42,720 nt of DNA from IMG/VR virus record IMGVR_UViG_3300024310_000015, positions 1 to 42,720 of that record, one strand, 5' to 3'. Made by a program: the position numbers and the translations under genes. The notes beneath the pieces were generated by a model. That model was not told the DNA's origin and did not search any database. It was given only the letters and a program-made list of their open reading frames with translations. The first letter of the stretch is position 1; each line of letters opens with the position of its first letter. Source of the stretch: a virus. Lineage: Duplodnaviria; Caudoviricetes. Shown here piece by piece: positions 36,793 through 42,720 of the stretch.

Positions 36793-37457
36793 GCGCTGAG
36801 CCTTCTGGGGCGGGCGGAATCCCGTGCCAGGACTGCGCCGGCCACAACCCCGTGTGGTTCGCGCCAAGCCCCGATTGGAATTTCGTCATCGGCGGCCCGG
36901 ACGCGAAGGGTGATCCCGGCGGGATGCTCTGCCCGAACTGCTACATCCGCCGCGCCGAGGCTGCGGGATTGCGCCCTACGGCGTGGATCGTATCGCAAGA
37001 AGCGCTTGAGCCTTCTGGGGGGTTGGACCTCGCCAAGCTGGAGGAAGTGGCGCGGGCAGCGACGAAGGCTGGTGAACCCGAAGGATGGCAGATCGACAAC
37101 TTCGGCAAGGAGGGCTTTCCGTGGGGCGCACATTCCGATGCCGATAGCAATCACATCATAGCTCTCTCGCGGACGTGGGACGACATCAACTACATCGCCA
37201 CCTTCGACCCTCCGACCGTCCTTCGCCTGATCGACAGGATTGGTGAGCTGGAGACGGCGCTGGGCGAGATTGAGAGTCTTGAAGACATCCTCTCGGCAGT
37301 CGAAGCCGCGCTAACGGCTAAGGACGAGCCCGAGGACTACAACCCGACGCTGCTTCAGCGGGCGCAAGATGTCATGAGCGCCTACGAACATAACCGCGCG
37401 CTCGCCCTCGCCAAGTCAGCCGGTCGCCCCGTTCCACCGCATGGGAGCGGGCCGTAA
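36789..37457 (+). CDS. Mosaic protein (CxxC domain plus Ead/Ea22-like segment)
   Basis: Start ATG 36789; CQDC..CPNC, then L.KL..A.AAT..YIATFDPPTVLRLIDRI. Confidence 0.65.
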   Translation: MSAEPSGAGGIPCQDCAGHNPVWFAPSPDWNFVIGGPDAKGDPGGMLCPNCYIRRAEAAGLRPTAWIVSQEALEPSGGLDLAKLEEVARAATKAGEPEGWQIDNFGKEGFPWGAHSDADSNHIIALSRTWDDINYIATFDPPTVLRLIDRIGELETALGEIESLEDILSAVEAALTAKDEPEDYNPTLLQRAQDVMSAYEHNRALALAKSAGRPVPPHGSGP

Positions 37458-37903
37458 TGGCGTCCTCGCACCGCCACACCCCCGGCCTTCGCAGAGACGA
37501 CCCAGACGAAACCGAGGGCCGGTTGCTCTACCGCCAACTCGCCGAAACTGAAGCACGAAGGCAAATCGCAATGACGCGCAAGGTTCGTCTCGCCAACTCA
37601 CCCCCACCCCACCCTGAGGGGGGAAGCTGGCAAGCGATTGAAACGGCTCCGAGGGATGGCTCTGACGTCCTGCTGATCTGCAACAGCGCCTATACGCCGG
37701 AAGCGTCGATTGGCTGGTGGTCCGCCGACGGCTGGCGTCACTACAGCCGTCCCGAAGAGAAGTGGCACGGCGGCGTCGTGAAATGGTTTCCCACCCACTG
37801 GATGCCCCTCCCTGCGCCCCCGGTTATTGGTGAGGGTTCATCACGCGTTTTACTTCGTGAAAGCGTGCCGCTTTCAACATCAACGCCGAGCCAAGCTGGA
37901 TGA
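37457..37903 (+). CDS. DUF551-like protein
   Basis: WQAIETAPRDG..PTHWMPLPAPP. Confidence 0.8.
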   Translation: MASSHRHTPGLRRDDPDETEGRLLYRQLAETEARRQIAMTRKVRLANSPPPHPEGGSWQAIETAPRDGSDVLLICNSAYTPEASIGWWSADGWRHYSRPEEKWHGGVVKWFPTHWMPLPAPPVIGEGSSRVLLRESVPLSTSTPSQAG

Positions 37904-38205
37904 GCGCGAAACCCGTTCTCTCGCGCTACGAGGCCGCAGACTATCTGGACGTGTCGCTGGACACCCTGGACCGCCTCAGGGCGGCGGGGTCCATCGCGGC
38001 TTGTCCCGTGAGCGCGCGTCTAGTTAAGTACCGCAAGGTCGATCTGGACGAGTATCTGAACAAGTGCCTCACTTCACCCTCACCAAGATCGGAACCTCGC
38101 CAAACTGGTACGTCCAATGGTTCGAAGGTGGACGTTCGCACCGCGTCACGACGCGGACACGAAGCGAGGATGAAGCTCAGGCTTTCCTTGCAGCGTTCCG
38201 CCTAG
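37900..38205 (+). CDS. xis: Excisionase-like HTH protein
   Basis: LSRYEAADYLDVS..TL..L...G.I..Y.K.DLDEY; overlaps the start of int. Confidence 0.85.
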   Translation: MSAKPVLSRYEAADYLDVSLDTLDRLRAAGSIAACPVSARLVKYRKVDLDEYLNKCLTSPSPRSEPRQTGTSNGSKVDVRTASRRGHEARMKLRLSLQRSA

Positions 38206-39098
38206 CCGGCGACGCAGAGCCCGCAACCGACCTCACCATCCCGCAGGTTCTCGACTGGTACTGGGAAAGCTACGCCAAGACCGCCACCCTGCGGCCCGAC
38301 AACACAGACCTTGGCATCCGCTACCTCAAGCCGTTCTTCGGCTCCACGCAGGCGCTAAGCCTCACCCTCGAAATGCAGGAAGCCTATCGCGACTACCGGC
38401 GCGAGCTGAAGGCGGGCGATGAATCCATCCGCCGCGACCTGTCGGTACTGTCAGCCGCGCTCAGGCGGGCCGTTAAGTACAAGAGGCTGGCCCTCTGCCC
38501 GCCGATCATGACGATGACGCCCGCCCCGCCGCGTGAGCGTTGGCTGACCCGAGACGAGGCCGCCAGGCTCCTGCGCTCGATGCGAGGCAAGCGACAGAAG
38601 CATGTCCTGCTGTTCACCCGGATAGCGCTCTACACCGGCGCCAGGACCACGGCGATATTGGATCTGACGTGGGACCGGGTTCACTTCCACACCGGCCTGA
38701 TCGACTTCCGCAAGCCCGGCCGACCGCAGACCAAGAAGCGGCGCACGATCTCACCCATGACGCGGAAGCTGCGGCGGATGCTGGCGCACGCCAAGAAGCA
38801 CTCCCGCTCCCGTCACGTCATCTCGTGGGCGGGTGAGCGGATTGACCGAGTGGCGAAGGCCGTCATCGCCAACGCCGAGAAGGCGGGCATCGAGGACTTC
38901 AGCCCGCACGTCCTGCGGCACACCCTGGCGTCATGGGCGGTGCAGCAGCGGGTGCCGATCTACACAGTGGGGAAGGCTCTAGGTCAGACGGTGGCGTCTA
39001 CGACCGAGCGGTACGGGCATCTGGCGCCCGATGATGTGATGGAAGCTATGGAGCAATCCCAGCGGAAGGCCCCGAAAGCGCAAGTTAAGCGCAAGTGA
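38064..39098 (+). CDS. int: Tyrosine integrase
   Basis: TGAR, K, HVLRHT, LGQ (usual LGH), TERY; N-terminal arm-binding WYVQW segment. Confidence 0.95.
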   Translation: MPHFTLTKIGTSPNWYVQWFEGGRSHRVTTRTRSEDEAQAFLAAFRLAGDAEPATDLTIPQVLDWYWESYAKTATLRPDNTDLGIRYLKPFFGSTQALSLTLEMQEAYRDYRRELKAGDESIRRDLSVLSAALRRAVKYKRLALCPPIMTMTPAPPRERWLTRDEAARLLRSMRGKRQKHVLLFTRIALYTGARTTAILDLTWDRVHFHTGLIDFRKPGRPQTKKRRTISPMTRKLRRMLAHAKKHSRSRHVISWAGERIDRVAKAVIANAEKAGIEDFSPHVLRHTLASWAVQQRVPIYTVGKALGQTVASTTERYGHLAPDDVMEAMEQSQRKAPKAQVKRK

Positions 39099-39268
39099 TA
39101 GCGAGTTCTTGCGATGTTCACGGGTTTTGCGCGGTCAGTTGCGGTTTTGGTCTCTACAGAACGCAAGCGAAATCAAGGCGATAGACCAGCGTTGACTTAG
39201 TTGTGCCAAAGCGTATCATCTGCATCAAATCCGATAGTTGAGATGGTCACTTGCGCTCCACTTGCGCT
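39077..39268. promoter_or_regulatory. attP region with paired arm-type sites
   Basis: AGCGCAAGT at 39077 and 39088; inverted ACTTGCGCT at 39249 and 39260; AT-richer interval. Confidence 0.8.
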
Positions 39269-39341
39269 GTTTGTCGGGTCGAGCGAAGCCGAAGACGGGC
39301 TAGCTCTGGGATGACCCATCGGAAAGGTGTAGTGTAGCTGG

Positions 39342-39659
39342 ATGAGCGAAACGACCACCCGAACGCGCGCCCTCGGGGCTTACGAAGTCCAAACCGCTGC
39401 GATTAAGGCGTTTGAGGCAGTTCGCGCCGATGGGAGCACGTGGGCGCAGACCCCCGACGATATCCGCCCCGCCCTATGTGCTGCTATCGCGGTGATCCGC
39501 CAGGAGATGGCGGCTCATCTCGCGGTCAGCGATAGGGTCTTCGGCGACACTAAGACGCCAGAGCACCTTCTTGGAAGGGTCGATGGGTTCCTATACGCGC
39601 TCACTCAGCCTTACGAAGTGATGGACGCTAATGGAACGGCCAAAGGCTCCGCTTCTTAG
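39342..39659 (+). CDS. Hypothetical moron protein, probably leaderless
   Basis: 105 aa; TAGTGT-N6-ATG. Confidence 0.7.
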   Translation: MSETTTRTRALGAYEVQTAAIKAFEAVRADGSTWAQTPDDIRPALCAAIAVIRQEMAAHLAVSDRVFGDTKTPEHLLGRVDGFLYALTQPYEVMDANGTAKGSAS

Positions 39660-39927
39660 GGTTAGCTCCGTCGATGATCTCTACGAGCCCCTGACGACGG
39701 GCGTTACAGTCCTCGATGGCTTCACGTTGTCGGACGGCTAGAGCGCCTAGATCCCCGAGGGTTTGGAGCTTACTGGTCGGTTCCCGGCAGGCTTCCCGGA
39801 ACACTGATGGAACTGTGATGGTCGGGCTTGCCGGAAGGGTCGCACAGCCCGCTGTCGCAAAGACGGCTGCGGAAGTCAGGATCAAGCGGAGCCGATGCGC
39901 TAGGGGCGCTCTGGACGTTGGCGACAT
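39628..39927 (-). CDS. o-spanin (Rz1-like lipoprotein)
   Basis: LILTSAAVFATAG-C lipobox; overlaps the i-spanin 3' half in another frame. Confidence 0.85.
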   Translation of the reverse strand: MSPTSRAPLAHRLRLILTSAAVFATAGCATLPASPTITVPSVFREACREPTSKLQTLGDLGALAVRQREAIEDCNARRQGLVEIIDGANPKKRSLWPFH

Positions 39928-40150
39928 CGCGGTTCGCCCTTTCGTGGAATTGAGGAAGCTTGCCGGCGTAACGATCTGCCGCCCCGGCTGTAGCTCTATC
40001 GGTAGAGGCTTGACGGGTGGCGGATTGGGCCTGGGTTTTTTCCAGGGCCAGCGCGTGGCGAAGGTGTGAGACGTAGGCCCAGCCAGCTAGGGCGGCGGCG
40101 ATCAGCGATCCGGCGAGGATCAGGCGCCAGTTGGCGAGGAGACCTAGCAA
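39770..40150 (-). CDS. i-spanin (Rz-like)
   Basis: N-terminal TM, helical periplasmic region; TTG start 6 nt after GGGGGA. Confidence 0.85.
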   Translation of the reverse strand: MLGLLANWRLILAGSLIAAALAGWAYVSHLRHALALEKTQAQSATRQASTDRATAGAADRYAGKLPQFHERANRDVANVQSAPSASAPLDPDFRSRLCDSGLCDPSGKPDHHSSISVPGSLPGTDQ

Positions 40151-40152
40151 GT

Positions 40153-40291
40153 TTGGTCCCCCGCAGCCCTAGCCGAACTTAGCGGCACGGCTGGACTAGC
40201 CAGCGTATTCGGCCTGCGGAGGCCAATGAAGCGGGACCGCCGCGCTCCCCGAAGAGCGCCGGTTCGGGCCGGTGGGTATCGACGGTCCCGC
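40153..40291 (-). ncRNA. Two tandem structured RNA domains (small RNAs or spanin leader)
   Basis: 12-bp closed three-way junction 40291-40231 and a 9-bp closed domain 40222-40158 followed by ACCA; G-U pairs in the closing stems favour the minus strand. Confidence 0.6.
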
Positions 40292-40297
40292 ACGATC

Positions 40298-40342
40298 ACC
40301 ATACCATTTTCCCCTTGAGATTCAAGCGTGTTCTGATATTGT
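40298..40342. promoter_or_regulatory. Symmetric divergent sigma70-type promoter pair
   Basis: Plus TTGAGA-N16-TATTGT; minus TTGAAT-N16-TATGGT; both with TGn; -35 boxes overlap in palindrome CTTGA-GAT-TCAAG. Confidence 0.7.
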
Positions 40343-40344
40343 TC

Positions 40345-40615
40345 GGGGGTCGGGGTCGCGTTTCCCGCCTCTGCCGAAACGGCCCCTGGGCCTGTTCGCG
40401 ACTAGGCAGGCCAAGGTTGGGCGCGCACGACACTTAAAACCCGCAAGGGCTGTCAGGTTGATCGCTGATAGGACCGAGGCAAAAACGGGCCGGAGTATTC
40501 CGGTCGGGCCTCGGTCGCAGCGTACAGAGGTCGAACGAGTTGGCCCAAACGCACCCCGCCAGCCAGCACGACAGCCGCAAGTCGCGCGCGTTCCTCAGGG
40601 CTCAAATCACCCCCC
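40345..40615 (+). ncRNA. Candidate ~270-nt highly structured ncRNA of unknown family
   Basis: Many nested helices, a GCAA tetraloop, a 12-bp pseudoknot, own promoter, no convincing ORF. Confidence 0.65.
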
Positions 40616-40744
40616 GTAAAGCCCTCTTGAACTCCGACTGAATCCAAGCCCATAGCAGCCCTAGCAACACCCCTCCGAGCCCAAGGGTCAGAATAGATCC
40701 GAGGAGGATGCCGGTCAGAAGGTGGGTGAAGGGATGACATGCGC

Positions 40745-40840
40745 TCACTCATCACCCCCGAAGACCCAGCGGCGAAACCGGGACCACAACTGCGGACCAG
40801 CGACAAACCCAACGGCAAACGCGAGAAGGTGAGTGATCAT
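40745..40840 (-). CDS. 31-aa hydrophobic peptide
   Basis: MITHLLAFAVGFVAGPQLWSRFRRWVFGGDE*; weak SD. Confidence 0.4.
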   Translation of the reverse strand: MITHLLAFAVGFVAGPQLWSRFRRWVFGGDE

Positions 40841-40879
40841 CGGCTTGGCCTTTGCGTCGGATTCGTGTAGTGTTTTCAG

Positions 40880-41068
40880 ATGGAAAGAACGTGGGACCGC
40901 ATCATCGCAAGCGTCGGGATTGGCGCGATTGGTTTCGTGCTTATCCTGTCCGTGATCGCCGCTGCGGATGCTGAGCGAGCGCTGAGAGCCGCCAACGCGG
41001 CCAACGTCCGGACGCACGAGGCAATCGACCGGATGGAGGCGTTGCTTACCGCCACGCCCCGGCCTTGA
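40880..41068 (+). CDS. 62-aa antisense membrane protein, probably leaderless
   Basis: TTGGCC-N17-TAGTGT-N6-ATG; one TM helix. Confidence 0.7.
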   Translation: MERTWDRIIASVGIGAIGFVLILSVIAAADAERALRAANAANVRTHEAIDRMEALLTATPRP

Positions 41069-41750
41069 GCGCGTCCTGAAACTGCACGGCGTAGTCAGCG
41101 ATCAGTTCGGCCTTGTCGGTCCCGTTTATGATGCGTCGAGCCTCTACAAACTGAGCCCGCGTCGCGACAGACGGTAGGTAGCTGTTGAAGCTTTTCCCCG
41201 TGAACCAAGCTTCGGTCATGCCGTCTTTCATCACCTTGGCGGCGATGTCAGGACGCATGGCGAGGTCAGGGTTGCCGATCAGATCCACGTCGAGAAGCTT
41301 GGCGGCCTTGCCGTAGTTCCTCCGACCCGTAAGCTGGACATACCCCCTGCCCGCGTACTTGGCCCCGTCGCCCGGTTCGAGGTTTCCGAGCCGCCCAGCC
41401 ACGTCAGGCCGGTTGCCCTCGATCCCATACATGCGGGTGTAGTACGCCTCGCCGCCCATCTCCTTGATCGGCTGCATGGTGTGCGCCGTCTCGTGGTAGG
41501 CGGTCGCCAGCCCATACGCCGCCCAGCTTAGCGGAAGGCCCTTGCAGGCCTGGGTGATGGCCGCGCAGCCGTCCACTTCGGATTGCGTCAGGACCGGCCC
41601 CAGGAGCTTCCCCACGCGCAATGCGGTGAAGAACCCCGAGGGCTTCATCAGGCCCGCCGAGGATGCGGGAGCCGGGGCAGGTTCCGGGACTGCCGGCGTC
41701 TTGCTGAACGCCTTGAACAGGCTGGCGATGAACTGGAGGAAGGCGTTCAT
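41046..41750 (-). CDS. Endolysin, GH19 family
   Basis: LATAYHET, DG.KY.GRGYVQLTGR.NY, ARRIING.D; start ATG 41750. Confidence 0.93.
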   Translation of the reverse strand: MNAFLQFIASLFKAFSKTPAVPEPAPAPASSAGLMKPSGFFTALRVGKLLGPVLTQSEVDGCAAITQACKGLPLSWAAYGLATAYHETAHTMQPIKEMGGEAYYTRMYGIEGNRPDVAGRLGNLEPGDGAKYAGRGYVQLTGRRNYGKAAKLLDVDLIGNPDLAMRPDIAAKVMKDGMTEAWFTGKSFNSYLPSVATRAQFVEARRIINGTDKAELIADYAVQFQDALKAGAWR

Positions 41751-42037
41751 TCCGCAACGCCTTGGGCCTTGCCCCATTCCCTCACCGCGAATGCCGCAAC
41801 GGTGGCGGTGACGAGTGCGGCCAGGCCGACCAGATCGGGCGACTTCCGGTTCATCAACGGAAGCACGACGCCATGAACCCAGATCGTCGCGACGAACCCG
41901 AGGCAGGTGAACGGACGCCACCATTTGGTAATGGCGCAGCGAAGGGCGCCCTGGAGCGTGTTGAGCCAGTGCATGGGGCCTCGCGATATGAGGGAGCGGT
42001 TTACCGAGCGGGAAGATTGCTCAGTCTGACGCGACAT
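41747..42037 (-). CDS. Holin (GTA 3TM-holin-like)
   Basis: WRP..G..TM..TM..R..GK..GV; ATGA-coupled to endolysin; start uncertain (42037 or 41974). Confidence 0.75.
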   Translation of the reverse strand: MSRQTEQSSRSVNRSLISRGPMHWLNTLQGALRCAITKWWRPFTCLGFVATIWVHGVVLPLMNRKSPDLVGLAALVTATVAAFAVREWGKAQGVAE

Positions 42038-42066
42038 TCCGGCCCGAAACTTACCGAGCGGGAAGA
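42001..42066. repeat. Perfect 16-bp direct repeat
   Basis: TTACCGAGCGGGAAGA at 42001 and 42051. Confidence 0.9.
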
Positions 42067-42121
42067 CTCAGGGGTCGTCTTACGCAGCCCGTCTTCGGCA
42101 TAGAGGCCGACCCGAGGGGCC

Positions 42122-42149
42122 TTGCGATCTGGAGGGGTTGGGGTAGAAT
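42122..42149 (+). promoter_or_regulatory. Sigma70-type promoter
   Basis: TTGCGA-N16-TAGAAT. Confidence 0.65.
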
Positions 42150-42235
42150 CTCAGAGCCCGAAAGGGACCGACGCGGCGGTTGCGAGGGTGGCCCGCTAAC
42201 AGCGCCCTCGCCTCTCCTTCAACAGAGAGAAGCAC

Positions 42236-42568
42236 GTGAACGCCACTGACCAGATGATCGCCCGGGACCGCCGTTCCGTTGAGTCCTACCGCCGAGACGC
42301 CCGCTTCCACAGCATCGCCGCAAGCATCGTCGCCCATGAGTTGGACAAGCACGGTCGGATTGATCCCGACAATGCCGACCGCGAAGCCTACGACATCGCC
42401 ACGGCGGTAGCCGCTAAACTGCTCCAGACAATCTACGAAGAGGACGCTGAGTTGAGCGCTCAGAAGGCGATTGCTGACCAGTACCGCAAGCTCGCCGAGC
42501 GGGCGCTGATGGTGAGCCCGGTGCCGCCGATCTTAGTCCAGTCGCCGCGCGTCGGGTCGGAGCGCTAG
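42236..42568 (+). CDS. Hypothetical helical moron protein
   Basis: 110 aa, GTG start, own promoter and structured leader. Confidence 0.7.
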   Translation: MNATDQMIARDRRSVESYRRDARFHSIAASIVAHELDKHGRIDPDNADREAYDIATAVAAKLLQTIYEEDAELSAQKAIADQYRKLAERALMVSPVPPILVQSPRVGSER

Positions 42569-42670
42569 CGACGAAGACGGGTATCCGAAGATGAATCCGT
42601 AAGTTGAGGGCCGAAATTACGGATATACGTAAGTACGTATGACGGTACGTATCTGATGCAGGGCTGCGTA

Positions 42671-42720
42671 TCAGGCGGCTTTGGCCTTGCGCCGCAGCAT
42701 GGCGAGATACGCCGCGCCCG
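42671..42720 (-). CDS. C-terminal end of a gene entering from outside the window
   Basis: ...GAAYLAMLRRKAKAA* with GC3-rich codons. Confidence 0.45.
   Translation of the reverse strand, partial: GAAYLAMLRRKAKAA

Larger units (their letters stand above)
1..42720. mobile_element. Near-complete temperate P22/Sf6-like podophage genome, circularly permuted, non-integrated configuration
   Basis: Full set of packaging, capsid, tail, ejection, immunity, replication, integration and lysis modules; no host genes; phage genes on both sides of int/att. Confidence 0.95.

Noticed and set aside
38980-38990. Inactive integrase because of LGQ instead of LGH
   Set aside because: This position varies among tyrosine recombinases; R, K, HxxR and Y are intact
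40154-40222. Canonical tRNA gene
   Set aside because: Ends in ACCA but lacks D-, anticodon- and T-arm geometry; no canonical tRNA was seen anywhere in the window
40345-40615. tmRNA, RNase P RNA or group I/II intron
   Set aside because: No TPsiC arm or tag frame, no GAGGAAAGUCC, no clear domain V or P7; only loose resemblance (GGTCGCAGCGTAC), and no interrupted gene
40272-40818. ORFs 40272..40619 (+) and 40453..40818 (-)
   Set aside because: Pro/Arg-rich or low-information, no SD, and they cross the promoter or structured RNA
25360-42066. CRISPR array
   Set aside because: Repeats are too short or only two copies, there is no regular spacer series, and no cas genes are present
40179-42198. 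Shared CCGCTAA heptamer in loops of the spanin leader and the 42236 leader
   Set aside because: A 7-mer is expected several times by chance in 43 kb; no partner RNA identified
1-42720. Exact circular join of the window ends
   Set aside because: The ORF truncated at position 1 does not join in frame to the gene end at 42671-42720, so some sequence is probably missing

Overview
The window is an essentially complete, circularly permuted, ~43 kb temperate P22/Sf6-like podophage genome. It is high-GC, and its GcrA homolog suggests an alphaproteobacterial, probably Caulobacterales, host. The minus strand from 30360 down to 1 carries cro, an early/replication block (GcrA, DnaB, initiator with iterons), a DUF6456-like late regulator, terminase, portal, scaffold and coat. 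It continues through a glycosyltransferase + methyltransferase pair, tail hub, a modular fibre block (three tandem gC1q-like paralogs and an SGNH esterase) and ejection proteins. The plus strand from 30477 to 39098 carries CI, many small early ORFs, ERF, a C5 methyltransferase with a nested out-of-frame second subunit, xis and int, followed by an apparently intact attP. Lysis genes (holin, GH19 endolysin, spanins) lie at the right end. The most unusual element is a ~470 bp stretch with no convincing ORF inside the lysis cassette (40150-40620). There a symmetric divergent promoter appears to drive a ~270 nt multi-helix, pseudoknotted RNA one way and two small structured RNA domains the other way, one of which hides the spanin ribosome-binding site. 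Also notable are a set of antisense leaderless mini-genes (TANNNT-N5-7-ATG) and gene-boundary repeats. All family calls come from motif recognition by eye; no database search or folding program was run.
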